NCBI GenBank assembly: GCA_021154885.1
Contig: JAJKHS010000091.1
Coordinates: forward strand, 9,089 to 73,088
Direction of reading: 5' to 3'
DNA: 64,000 nucleotides
Origin: Thermoanaerobaculum sp.
GTDB taxonomy: Bacteria > Acidobacteriota > Thermoanaerobaculia > Multivoradales > UBA5704
Shown here: piece after piece, positions 54,501-63,648 of the stretch
Layout: each line of letters begins with the position of its first letter
Numbering within the stretch: the first letter of the stretch is position 1
Notes under the pieces: generated by a model
The model's database searches: none
Told to the model about the DNA's origin: nothing
The model's input: the letters and a program-made list of their open reading frames with translations, nothing else
Made by a program: the position numbers and the translations under genes

Positions 54501-56198
54501 ATGCCCCGTCTGCGCCTTGCCCTCGCGAGCGGCGATGACCGCGAGGCCATCTACCGGCTGCGCCACGCCGTCTACGCCGCCGAGTTGGGGCAGCACTCGA
54601 CCAACCCGGAGGGGCGGCTGCGCGACGGCCTCGACGATTGCAACGAGTACGTCGTCGCCACCGAGGGCGGCGAGCTCGCCGGCTTCGTCAGCCTCACGCC
54701 CCCCGGCGGGGCCAGCTACTCCATCGACAAGTATTTCGCCCGGGAGGACGTCCCCGTCGCCTTCGACGACGGGCTCTGGGAAGTGCGTCTGCTGACCGTC
54801 CCGCCAGGGCGCCGCGGCCGCGCCCTGGCCTTCCTTCTCATGTACGCCGCCTTCCGTCGTGTCGAGTCCCGGGGCGGCGCCCGGATCGTCGCCATCGGGC
54901 GCCGCGAGCTGCTCGGCTTCTACCGCAAGGCCGGCCTGCGGCCCCTCGGACCGCGGGCGCAGGCCGGGCGGGTGACCTACGAGCTGATGACCGCCACCCT
55001 CGCCGGCCTGCGGACGGCCGCGGTCCGCTTCGAGCCGCTGCTCCACAGGCTCCGCCGCACCCTGGACTGGGAGCTGGACGTCCCCTTCCAGGAGGAGGCC
55101 TGCTTCCACGGCGGCGCCTTCTTCACCGCGATCGGCGAGACGTTCGAGACGCTGGAGCGCCGGGACCACGTGGTCAACGCCGACGTGCTCGACGCCTGGT
55201 TCCCCCCGGCCCCGGGCGCCCTGCGCACCCTCGCCGACCACCTCCCCTGGCTCCTCCGGACGTCGCCGCCCACGGACGGGCGGGGCCTCATCCAGGTCAT
55301 CGCCGAGGTCCGCGGCGTGCCAGCCGGCTCCCTGGCCCTCGGCGCCGGCTCGTCGAGCCTCATCTTCCTGGCCTTCCGCCAATGGCTGACGCCCGCCTCG
55401 CGCGTCCTCCTGCCGGACCCGACATATGGCGAGTACGCCCACGTCCTCGAACGGGTCGTCGGCTGCCGCACGGATCGTCTCCGCCTGGCGCGCGCCGGCG
55501 GCTATCGCCTCGATCCGGAGGAGCTGCTGTCGCGCCTGCGACGGCGGCGCTACGACCTCGTGGTGCTGGTGAACCCCAACAATCCGACGGGCCAGCTCCT
55601 GCCGCAAGCCGGCGTCGCCTCGCTGCTGGCCGCCGTGCCCGCTCACACCCGCGTCTGGATCGACGAGGCGTACATCGACTACGCGGGGAGCGAGGAGTCC
55701 GTCGAGCGCCTCGCCGCGGCGAGCGGCAATGTGGTCGTCTGCAAGTCGCTGTCGAAGGTGTACTCCCTGAGCGGCGCCCGGGCGGCCTATCTCTGCGGTC
55801 CGCCCGCCCTGGCGCGGGAGCTGCGGTCGCTCACCCCTCCCTGGGCGGTGAGCCTGCCGGCGCAGGTGGCGGCGGTGGCCGCCCTGCGGGACCCGGCCTA
55901 TTACGCCGGGCGCTACCGGCAGACGGCGGAGCTCCGGCAGGATCTGGTCGCGAGCCTGCGGGAAGTCCTGCCCGGAGCGGAGATCCTGGCGGGAGTGGCG
56001 AACTACGTCCTCTGTCTCCTCCCCCGGCGAGGACCGGACGCGGCGACGGTGTGCGAACGCTGCCGCGGCCGTGGTGTCTTCCTGCGCGACAGCGGGGCGA
56101 CCAGCGCCGTCCTCGGCCGCCATGCCCTGCGGGTGGCGGTCAAGGACGAAGTCACCAACCGGCGCGTCGTGGAGACGCTGGCCTGGGCCTGGGCGTGA
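54501..56198 (+). CDS. Fusion: GNAT N-acetyltransferase domain plus class I/II PLP aminotransferase (HisC/CobD-like)
   Basis: N-terminal 170 aa GNAT-like (RRGRALAFLLMYAAF); C-terminal LVVLVNPNNPTGQLL and SLSKVYSLSGARAAYL (PLP-lysine region). Confidence 0.65.
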   Translation: MPRLRLALASGDDREAIYRLRHAVYAAELGQHSTNPEGRLRDGLDDCNEYVVATEGGELAGFVSLTPPGGASYSIDKYFAREDVPVAFDDGLWEVRLLTVPPGRRGRALAFLLMYAAFRRVESRGGARIVAIGRRELLGFYRKAGLRPLGPRAQAGRVTYELMTATLAGLRTAAVRFEPLLHRLRRTLDWELDVPFQEEACFHGGAFFTAIGETFETLERRDHVVNADVLDAWFPPAPGALRTLADHLPWLLRTSPPTDGRGLIQVIAEVRGVPAGSLALGAGSSSLIFLAFRQWLTPASRVLLPDPTYGEYAHVLERVVGCRTDRLRLARAGGYRLDPEELLSRLRRRRYDLVVLVNPNNPTGQLLPQAGVASLLAAVPAHTRVWIDEAYIDYAGSEESVERLAAASGNVVVCKSLSKVYSLSGARAAYLCGPPALARELRSLTPPWAVSLPAQVAAVAALRDPAYYAGRYRQTAELRQDLVASLREVLPGAEILAGVANYVLCLLPRRGPDAATVCERCRGRGVFLRDSGATSAVLGRHALRVAVKDEVTNRRVVETLAWAWA

Positions 56199-56204
56199 GG
56201 AGCG

Positions 56205-57059
56205 TCACCGCCCCGACGAGAAGGTGTCGCAGCGGCCCATGTCTCCCGAGTCGAAGCCGGTGCGGAACCAGCGGGCGCGCTGCTCGGAGGAGCCGTGAGT
56301 CCAGGTCTCGGGGTGCACCTGGCCCGTGGCCTGCTTCTGAATCCGGTCGTCGCCCACGGCAGCGGCGGCGCGCAGGCCGTCGTCGAGATCCCCCGGATCC
56401 AGAATGTTGCGCTGCTTGGCCGTGTAGCCCCAGACGCCCGCCAGGCAGTCGGCCTGAAGCTCCAGCTTCACCGACAGCGCTTTGGCGCTGCGGGGATTCT
56501 GCTGCTGGGCGCGTTCGACCTGGTCGCTGATCCCCAGCAGCTTCTGCACGTGGTGGCCGAGCTCATGGGCGACCACGTAGGCCTCCGCGAACTCGCCCGG
56601 CGCGCCGAAGCGATCCCTCAGCTCGCGGTAGAAGCCGAGGTCGATGTAGACCTTCTCGTCGGCCGGGCAGTAGAACGGCCCCATGGCGGTCTCGGCGAAG
56701 CCGCAGCCGGAGCGCACGGTGTCGGTGAAGAGGTGGAGCTTGGCGTGCCGGTAGGTCTTCCCCGAGCTCGCGAAGAGCTGGGTCCACGTCTTCTGGTCGT
56801 CGTCGAGGACGAAGGAGACGAACTGCACGAGCTTGTCCTCCTCGGGCGAGGAGGCCCGCGGCGCGGTCTGGGCCGGCGGGCCGCCCGGCGCGCCTCCTCC
56901 ACCGACCAGCGCGAAGAAGTCCTTCTTGAAGATGAAGCTCAGCAGGAGCAGCACGAGGAAGCCGCCGATCCCCAGCTTCGGGAGGGGGCCCCCACCGCCG
57001 CCTGAGCTCCCCCGATCGTCCTCCAGATCGGCGCTGGGTCCACCTGGCGTCCATCGCAT
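56205..57059 (-). CDS. YpfJ-family neutral zinc metallopeptidase (membrane-anchored)
   Basis: TM anchor LGIGGFLVLLLLSFIF, HELGHH zinc-binding motif, family features FYCPADEKVYIDL ... QADCLAGVW. Confidence 0.75.
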   Translation of the reverse strand: MRWTPGGPSADLEDDRGSSGGGGGPLPKLGIGGFLVLLLLSFIFKKDFFALVGGGGAPGGPPAQTAPRASSPEEDKLVQFVSFVLDDDQKTWTQLFASSGKTYRHAKLHLFTDTVRSGCGFAETAMGPFYCPADEKVYIDLGFYRELRDRFGAPGEFAEAYVVAHELGHHVQKLLGISDQVERAQQQNPRSAKALSVKLELQADCLAGVWGYTAKQRNILDPGDLDDGLRAAAAVGDDRIQKQATGQVHPETWTHGSSEQRARWFRTGFDSGDMGRCDTFSSGR

Positions 57060-57232
57060 GCGAGCCCCCTTTCCCGGTTGGAGAGATCCTATCAGGGAGA
57101 TGACGGCCTCTCCCGGGAGACGCCTCTCTGCACACCTCGTGCCTCGCCTTGGCGATTCGAGATCGGGATCGCATTGCCCAAGGACACGCACCCTTCTTTT
57201 TGTGGATGGACCCTTCAACCCAAGGAGAAACG

Positions 57233-57526
57233 ATGCGCAAGACTCTCATGGCAGCAGCTCTGGCGATCCCGATGGCGTTCATGGCGGTCTCGACGTTCGC
57301 GGCGATCCCGGCCGAGCAACCGCAGTCCTTCACCCCGGCCCATATCGCGACGGACCAGGTGTCCCAGTACCTTGCGGACGAGATCTTCCTCCCCGCCCCT
57401 GGCGCTGCGTCGGCGCCGGTCTTTGCGATCACCCGGGGGGTCTGCAATATCACCTGCGAGGAATGCTACGGCTCGTGTCCGCCGGTCGGTAACCTGAGGC
57501 AGACCTGCACCTTCGCCTGCAACTGA
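57233..57526 (+). CDS. Small secreted protein with Cys-rich C-terminus (97 aa)
   Basis: AAGGAG SD; signal MRKTLMAAALAIPMAFMAVSTFAA; C-terminal GVCNITCEECYGSCPPVGNLRQTCTFACN. Confidence 0.55.
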   Translation: MRKTLMAAALAIPMAFMAVSTFAAIPAEQPQSFTPAHIATDQVSQYLADEIFLPAPGAASAPVFAITRGVCNITCEECYGSCPPVGNLRQTCTFACN

Positions 57527-57597
57527 ATCGATTGCATCCGGGGGACGCCGCGGCTGCCGGCATCCCCCGTCCGCCTCCGATCGGCTAGACTCCACGA

Positions 57598-58698
57598 ATG
57601 CTCCCGACCGCCGCCGCTGCCGCGATGCCCTGGGACCGCCGCGCCCCGGAGCGGGAAGGCCCGCCCTCCGCCTGGTCCTTGCTGCCCGAGGACCTCGCGG
57701 CCCGCGGCTGCCCCGGCCGGCCGGAGCACGTGTTCGCCCGGCTTCAGCGCGTCCGCACCTGGCAGCCGGACCGCCTCTTCGTCGCGCGGGAGATCCGCGC
57801 CTGGCTCGCGGATCACACCGATCAGTCCTTGCCGGCGATCCTCGAACGCCACCCCTCGTACGACGGCTCCACCAAGCTGGTGCTCGGGCTGGCGGACGGC
57901 CAGCGGATCGAGGCCGTCCACATGCCCCGCCACGAGGCGGACCATCGCGTCACCTACTGCGTGTCGAGCCAGGTGGGGTGCGCCCTGGGTTGCACCTTCT
58001 GCGCCACGGGGGCCATGGGGATCGTGCGCAACCTGACGGCGGGCGAGATCGTAGGGCAGGTCCTGGCGCTGATGCGCGACCTCGGGCCGCGGTGCGGCGA
58101 GTCGGTCCACCTCGTCTTCATGGGCATGGGCGAGCCGCTCCACAACCTCGACCACGTGCACCGGGCGGTGACCGTCCTCTGCCATCCGGAGGGCGCCGGC
58201 CTCTCGCCCTGGCGCATCACGGTGAGCACCGCGGGCCTGGTCTCCGGCATCGAGCGGCTGGCGCGGATGGTGCCGCGGCCGCAGCTCGCCGTCTCGGTCA
58301 ACGCCACCACCGACGCGGCGCGCTCGGCCACCATGCCGGTCAACCGGGCCTGGAACCTCGCCCGTCTGCGCCAGGCGCTCGACGCCTGGGAGCTCAAGCG
58401 CCACGAGCGCTTCATCTTCGAGTACGTGCTCCTCGCCGGAGTCAACGACACGCTGGAAGATGCGGACCGCCTGGCGGATTGGCTGGGGGACCTGCGCCAT
58501 CGCCACAACGTCAATTTGATCCCGATGAACGAGCACCCCCACTCCCCCTTCCGCGGTCCCGGCGAGCAGCGCCTCCAGGCCTTCGCCGCCCGCCTCCACC
58601 AGCACGGCTGCTTCATCACCGTGCGCCGCAGCCGCAGCCGCGACGTGCAGGGAGCGTGCGGACAGTTGGTGAAACAGCGGGAGGCGGCGGTCGGGTAG
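57598..58698 (+). CDS. rlmN: RlmN/Cfr-family radical SAM RNA methyltransferase
   Basis: CALGCTFC (Cx3Cx2C) and GMGEPLHN, VSTAGLV motifs; size matches RlmN. Confidence 0.75.
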   Translation: MLPTAAAAAMPWDRRAPEREGPPSAWSLLPEDLAARGCPGRPEHVFARLQRVRTWQPDRLFVAREIRAWLADHTDQSLPAILERHPSYDGSTKLVLGLADGQRIEAVHMPRHEADHRVTYCVSSQVGCALGCTFCATGAMGIVRNLTAGEIVGQVLALMRDLGPRCGESVHLVFMGMGEPLHNLDHVHRAVTVLCHPEGAGLSPWRITVSTAGLVSGIERLARMVPRPQLAVSVNATTDAARSATMPVNRAWNLARLRQALDAWELKRHERFIFEYVLLAGVNDTLEDADRLADWLGDLRHRHNVNLIPMNEHPHSPFRGPGEQRLQAFAARLHQHGCFITVRRSRSRDVQGACGQLVKQREAAVG

Positions 58699-58699
58699 A

Positions 58700-59300
58700 T
58701 ATCGTCGGGTCACCTCTGCCGATTTCGTCGGGTCACCTCTGCCGGAGGGGTTCCTTTCAGGCCCGAAGGGCCGGCGGCATGTAGCCTGGGGCTGGCGCTT
58801 TTTGCCAGCCCCAGGAAACGCAACCCATACAAACCCAAAGCCCTGAAAGGGCGACGGCAGCTCATCATTTGAAGCAAACTGCCGCCGCCCCTCCGGGGCT
58901 TGGGGGTAATTTGGGGCTCTGTTCCTGGGGCTTGCGCCCCAGGCTACATGCCGCCGGCCCTTCGGGCCTGATGACTCATGAGACACCCTCTGAGTCTCAT
59001 GCCTCAATCCCCCGAAGGGTCCCGCCCTCTTTGTGACCTTCTTTCGAAGGAGGGAATGTTCCATGCGTAGCAAGGTCTCAATCCCCCGAAGGGTCTCCAC
59101 GAGAGTGAAGTCCATCAGTTGTCAAAGACCAGGTTCAATTCCACCGCATCCGGCGGTCGGGTTCTACCCACGTCCAACAGGAGCTCGGCTCCGGTGCGGG
59201 CGGAGTCGTCCTTCACGACCGAGGACGGACCCGCTGGCGCCAGTCCCGATCTGCGCCTGTGCTAGACTGCTTCTCAGCCTAAATCCCTAACCTGGGTCCT
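58700..59300. repeat. Structured non-coding spacer: tandem 20-mer, 35-bp perfect inverted repeats flanking 145 bp, repeated CTCAATCCCCCGAAGGGTC boxes
   Basis: TCGTCGGGTCACCTCTGCCG at 58703 and 58726; CAGGCCCGAAGGGCCGGCGGCATGTAGCCTGGGGC at 58759 and its exact reverse complement at 58935; box at 59003 and 59076. Confidence 0.6.
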
Positions 59301-59355
59301 GACGTCGGTGCTCTACGGCCGGCCCCGGAGCGGGAGTGCGTTACGGGGTCGACCC

Positions 59356-60999
59356 ATGGAATTCTCCGCCAGCTCTTCGCCCAGCCTTCAGGTCCTCCCG
59401 GACCGCCGCGGGACCACCCAGGCCGCCCCCTTCGAGCGCGCCCTGGGGACGTTCGCCGTCCGCCGCTATGGCGCCGCCGTGGCGCTGGTGCTGATGCTCA
59501 TGGCCACCAACGTCTTCGCCGGGCTGGGCTCGGTCAGCATCAACGACTCGGACGAGGCGCGCTATGGCGTCTCCGCCTGGGAGATGCTCCAGCACCGGTC
59601 GTTCATCGTCACCACCTATGCGGGGGAGCCGGAGTACTGGAACCTGAAGCCGCCGCTGGGCTACTGGCTGATCGCGCTCTCGTTCTGGATCTTCGGTCCC
59701 ACGACCTTCGCGCTGCGCCTCCCCGCGGCCCTCTGCGCGCTTGGGGCCGTCGCCCTCGCCGTGGACCTCAGCCGGCGTTGGTTCGGGCGCCGGGCGAGCC
59801 TGCTGACCGGCCTGTTCCTATCCACGGCCTACGGCTTCCTCACCAACCATGGCGCACGCAGCGGTGATCTCGACGCCGCCCTGACGCTCGTCCTGCTGGT
59901 GGCGACGCTCGAGGTGTCCTGCCTCGGCAAGTCGCCGTGGCGGGTGGTGTCCATGGGCTTCCTGCTGGGCCTGGGATTCCTGCTCAAGAGCTTCGCCATC
60001 CTCCCGCTGGTCGCCACGGCCGGGCTCTACGCCTTGTGGACCGGCTCCTGGCGGCGGCAGCGGCTCCTGCCCTGCGTTCTGGCGTTCCTGGCCTTCGCCC
60101 TGCCGGTGGCCATCTGGGCCGCCGCGCGCGTCCACGCCGACGGCTCGACCTACTTTCTCCAGCGCATGGTGCGGGAAGACCTCCTCGCCCGCTCGACGAC
60201 CATCATCGACAAGGTCACCTACTCGCCCTTCGGTTATGTCGGGACGCTGTTCGATCGTTTCGCCCCCTGGCCGCTGCTGATCCTCATCGCGGTGTTCCTC
60301 GCCGTCCGGGAGGAGCGCTTCCGCCTGCGCGTCCTCGGCCGCCGGCTGGCGCGGGGGCGGCTGCCGCTGGTGCTGCTCTGGGCCCTGGTGCCGCTCGTCC
60401 TCTTCTCCCTGTCGCGCACCCAGCACCACTGGTACCTCGATCCGAGCTACCCGGCCTGGGCCATGCTCGGCGCGCTGTCCGTGCTGGAGATCGTGCGCCG
60501 CACACCGCCAGCCCGCCGCCGGGCGGCGCTCCTCGCCTGCATCCTCGTGCCCTTAGGGCTGTGCGAGGTGCGCGTCCTCTACCGCGTGCTCCTCGCCGAG
60601 AGGACGCCGGAGTCGCAGCGTTTCCTCCTCTCGCTCGCCCAGCACCGGGTGGAGCTCGGGGGTGAGCTGTGGACCGGACGACTGCTGCATTCCGAGCGCT
60701 TCATCCTCGAGGTGATGGACGGCTTTCAGGTCAAAGAGGTCAGGCAGGACAGGTCCGTCCCTCCCTCAGGTCCCTATGAGGAGCCCTCGGTCCTGATTGC
60801 CAAGGCGACGCCCGGCCCGCGGCCCCAGCCGCAGCTCGGCTCCGGGATCTTCCTGGAGTCCAGGGACTACCTGCTGTTCCAGGGCGCGAACGACATCGCC
60901 GGGCGCGCCTCCTCGGTCCGCCCGCGCCCGCGCTCGCACCACTTCGGCCGCCGTCCGCGCCTGTGGCGGGGGCCGCGCAGCCGGGTTTTCCCCAGTTAG
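59356..60999 (+). CDS. GT-C fold membrane glycosyltransferase (ArnT/PMT family 39-like), second paralog
   Basis: Multiple TM helices; early loop DSDEARYGVSAWEM and YWNLKPPLGYWLIALSFWIFG typical of ArnT-like transferases. Confidence 0.65.
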   Translation: MEFSASSSPSLQVLPDRRGTTQAAPFERALGTFAVRRYGAAVALVLMLMATNVFAGLGSVSINDSDEARYGVSAWEMLQHRSFIVTTYAGEPEYWNLKPPLGYWLIALSFWIFGPTTFALRLPAALCALGAVALAVDLSRRWFGRRASLLTGLFLSTAYGFLTNHGARSGDLDAALTLVLLVATLEVSCLGKSPWRVVSMGFLLGLGFLLKSFAILPLVATAGLYALWTGSWRRQRLLPCVLAFLAFALPVAIWAAARVHADGSTYFLQRMVREDLLARSTTIIDKVTYSPFGYVGTLFDRFAPWPLLILIAVFLAVREERFRLRVLGRRLARGRLPLVLLWALVPLVLFSLSRTQHHWYLDPSYPAWAMLGALSVLEIVRRTPPARRRAALLACILVPLGLCEVRVLYRVLLAERTPESQRFLLSLAQHRVELGGELWTGRLLHSERFILEVMDGFQVKEVRQDRSVPPSGPYEEPSVLIAKATPGPRPQPQLGSGIFLESRDYLLFQGANDIAGRASSVRPRPRSHHFGRRPRLWRGPRSRVFPS

Positions 61000-61054
61000 G
61001 GGGTGTTTGGAAATGGTGTCAGTCCCGGGAAGAGGCGGTTCGGCGGAGGTCGTA

Positions 61055-61128
61055 GGGGCGCAATTCATTGCGCCCGCAGGGTCGGCGTCACCTCAGGGCG
61101 CAATGAATTGCGCCCCTACGACGCACGC
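61055..61128. terminator. Bidirectional hairpin between convergent genes
   Basis: TCGTAGGGGCGCAATTCATTGCGCCC ... GGGCGCAATGAATTGCGCCCCTACGA: 24-bp perfect inverted repeat, each arm itself near-palindromic. Confidence 0.45.
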
Positions 61129-61201
61129 GGAGCGTTTCGGATGGTGGACAGGCTGAAGCCGCAGATTTTCCAGACACCCAGTTAGGCACCAGCCAGGCCC
61201 A

Positions 61202-61807
61202 TCAGCTCAAAAACTTCGCCAACGCGTCGGGATGGAGGTTCCAGCCCAGGAAGCCGGCGAAGCCGAGCACCACGCCGAAGCCGGCGAACACGATCGCGAG
61301 CCCCACCAGCCATCTCTTCCGGGTCAGCGCGCTGACGCCCAGTAGCGCGATGGCGATGCTGAGGGCGGCTTCGGACATGTCGAACTGGTCGTCGTGCACG
61401 TTCAGGCGGTCGTACTCCTTCTGAGCATCCTCCGCCTGCTTCTTGATGTCTTCCTTTTCCTTCTGATACTTCTTCACGCTCTGCGCGTAGAGGGCCAGTT
61501 CCTTGTCGAGCAAGGCCGCCGCCGGCGCCGGGAGGCCCGCGCTCATCTGTTTCTGCAGCGTGAGCTGATCGAGCACGCTCTCGGCGAGGTTCTGCTTCAT
61601 GCCTTTGGCCTGGTAATAGGACCAGTAGTCGACCGCCTTGGCCTGCTCCTGGGACATCGCCTGCACGATGTTGCCGTCTTTGATATTGCAGAGCGCCATG
61701 AAGGTCGCGATCAACGCGACCAGGATGGCGACGACGGAGTTGAGGGGATCCGAAGACTCCTTGGCTTTCTCCACGGCCTCGGAAATCGTCTCGTCGATCT
61801 CGCTCAT
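61202..61807 (-). CDS. DUF4337 family protein
   Basis: MSEIDETISEAVEKAKE ... NSVVAILVALIATFMALCNIKDGNIVQAMSQEQAKAVDYWSYYQAKGMKQ matches the DUF4337 pattern; C-terminal TM helix. Confidence 0.65.
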   Translation of the reverse strand: MSEIDETISEAVEKAKESSDPLNSVVAILVALIATFMALCNIKDGNIVQAMSQEQAKAVDYWSYYQAKGMKQNLAESVLDQLTLQKQMSAGLPAPAAALLDKELALYAQSVKKYQKEKEDIKKQAEDAQKEYDRLNVHDDQFDMSEAALSIAIALLGVSALTRKRWLVGLAIVFAGFGVVLGFAGFLGWNLHPDALAKFLS

Positions 61808-61947
61808 CGGGACACTTTCCTTCCTTGCAGAAATGGATTTGGAGCTGCGGGCATCAAGGTAAGCCAGCTCCGCGGTCGCCGTCAACACGACCGCTCGGTG
61901 CTCCGGACGTCAGAGCGATATACTGGAAGCGTCGCAAGGAGGTTTGC

Positions 61948-63648
61948 ATGAAGAGGATGTTCCTGTCTGCTGTCTGCCTGGTCGGCGCCGTGGCGCTCGG
62001 TTCAGCGCTGGCCTGGGCACAGCCGAAACAGCAGAAGACGCCGCCCAAGTCCCAGGAGTCGCCGATCTTCGGCGAGACGATCGACGTGCGGGTGGTCAAC
62101 GTCGAAGCGGTGGTCACCGACAAGGACGGCAACCGCGTCACCGGCCTCAAGCCCACCGATTTCCGTCTGAAGGTGGACGGCAAGGAGGTGCCGGTCACCT
62201 ACTTCTCCGAGATCGCCGGCGGCCAGGCCGCCGCCCCTCCCGCAGCGGCGGCCCCGGCCGCGGGAGCCCCGGCCGTCGCTCCGGCCGTGCCGGGGGTGGA
62301 GCCGGGCGGGGCCGTGGGCACCAGCTATCTCGTCTTCGTCGACGACTACTTCCCCGTCGAAGTCCGGCGCAACGAGGTGCTCAAGGCGCTCAAGAACGAC
62401 CTCGCCCGCCTGGGTCCGGAGGACCGCATGGCGATCGTCGCCTATGACGGCGGCCATCTCACCATGGTCTCGAACTGGTCGCAGTCCCAGGCCGAGCTGG
62501 CCCGGGCTTTCGATCAGGCCATGGCGCGGCCGGCGCGGGGCCTCGACCGGATCACCGAGTTCCAGGTCTTCCAGCACGACCAGGGGTTCGCCTCGGGGAC
62601 CGCGGGGGACAATGCGCCCCTCGACCTCAATACCCGGATCGAGAATTCCGGCCTGAACATGGGGGCGCGGGCCTACGGCTCGACGCTCTTCCGCCAGATC
62701 GAGGGGGTGGTCAACGCCGCGGCGCGGACGCTGCGCACCTTCGCCGCGCCGCCCGGGCGCAAGGTCATGCTCCTGCTGGACGGCGGCTGGCCGTACTCGA
62801 TCCAGAGCTTCATCGCCGGCGACGCCCCCGTTTCCGCGTCGCGGGAGTTCAAGGACGGCGAGCCGCTCTTCCGCAACCTGACCAGCACGGCCAACCTGCT
62901 CGGCTACACCGTCTATCCGGTCGACGTGCCCGGGCTTCAGACCTCGGCCAACGATGCTTCGCTCGCCGGGTCCGTCGGCGCCGGCGCCGGGTCGCTCCGC
63001 GAGCAGGAGATCAAGGGCACCCTCGAGTTCGTGGCCAAGGAGACGGGCGGCAAGCCCCTGCGTTATGGCAACCGGCTGGTGGCCCTCACCGAGGCCGCGG
63101 CCGACACCCGCTCGTACTATTGGCTCGGCTTCTCCCCCACCTGGGAGCGCAACGACACTCGCCACAAGGTGGACGTCAGCGTCAACAAGCCGGGCCTCAA
63201 GGTGCGCTCGCGGGAGAGCTTCCTCGACCTGTCGAAAAAGACGGAGGTCTCGATGATGGTCGAGAGCGCCCTGCTCTTCGGCAACCTCCCGGGCAACGCC
63301 GCCCTGCCCATGCGGATCGGCACGCCGGTGAAAGCCAAGGGGGGCGGAACGGAGATCCCCATCACCCTGGGCCTGCCCGCCGACGTGGTGACGCTGGTGC
63401 AGGTGGGCAACAAGTACGCGGCCCATGCCGAGCTCCGCTTCGCAGCCTCGGACGACAAGGGCAGCGGCTCGGAGATTCCCGTCGTGCCGCTCGACATCTC
63501 GTCGGACCATCCCGCGAAGCCGGGCGGGTTCATCAAGTACGAGACCAAGCTCACTCTCAAGGGGAAGGCCAACCGTCTCGTGGCCACGGTCTACGATCCG
63601 GTGAGCGGCAAGCTGGCGACAGCCGAGACGAGCCTGGCCCTGCCGTGA
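61948..63648 (+). CDS. VWFA-related Acidobacterial domain protein (secreted)
   Basis: AAGGAGG SD; signal MKRMFLSAVCLVGAVALGSALAWAQ; FGETIDVRVVNVEAVVTDKDGNRVTGLKPTDFRLKVDGKEVPVTYF matches the N-terminal signature recalled for TIGR03436. Confidence 0.65.
   Translation: MKRMFLSAVCLVGAVALGSALAWAQPKQQKTPPKSQESPIFGETIDVRVVNVEAVVTDKDGNRVTGLKPTDFRLKVDGKEVPVTYFSEIAGGQAAAPPAAAAPAAGAPAVAPAVPGVEPGGAVGTSYLVFVDDYFPVEVRRNEVLKALKNDLARLGPEDRMAIVAYDGGHLTMVSNWSQSQAELARAFDQAMARPARGLDRITEFQVFQHDQGFASGTAGDNAPLDLNTRIENSGLNMGARAYGSTLFRQIEGVVNAAARTLRTFAAPPGRKVMLLLDGGWPYSIQSFIAGDAPVSASREFKDGEPLFRNLTSTANLLGYTVYPVDVPGLQTSANDASLAGSVGAGAGSLREQEIKGTLEFVAKETGGKPLRYGNRLVALTEAAADTRSYYWLGFSPTWERNDTRHKVDVSVNKPGLKVRSRESFLDLSKKTEVSMMVESALLFGNLPGNAALPMRIGTPVKAKGGGTEIPITLGLPADVVTLVQVGNKYAAHAELRFAASDDKGSGSEIPVVPLDISSDHPAKPGGFIKYETKLTLKGKANRLVATVYDPVSGKLATAETSLALP

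Noticed and set aside
53547-56530. ORF-track start of the 883-aa plus ORF and the overlapping 630-aa plus ORF 54638..56530
   Set aside because: The first 318 codons of 53547..56198 are antisense to the deacetylase gene; the real GNAT-aminotransferase starts at ATG 54501. 54638..56530 is an alternate frame of it.
57598-58698. Radical SAM enzyme as maturase for the adjacent Cys-rich peptide
   Set aside because: Cx3Cx2C plus GMGEP and the overall size match housekeeping RlmN/Cfr RNA methyltransferases; no SPASM or peptide-recognition domain. Kept only as a low-interest juxtaposition.
57466-59115. 549-aa minus ORF
   Set aside because: Antisense to rlmN and running into the structured spacer; no motifs.
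59112-59240. tRNA-like gene suggested by a GGTTCAATTCC T-loop-like sequence
   Set aside because: The flanking 5-nt segments are not complementary (CCAGG vs CCACC), and no acceptor stem or anticodon arm can be built; not a tRNA.
62002-63510. 502-aa minus ORF
   Set aside because: Antisense to the VWFA-related gene.
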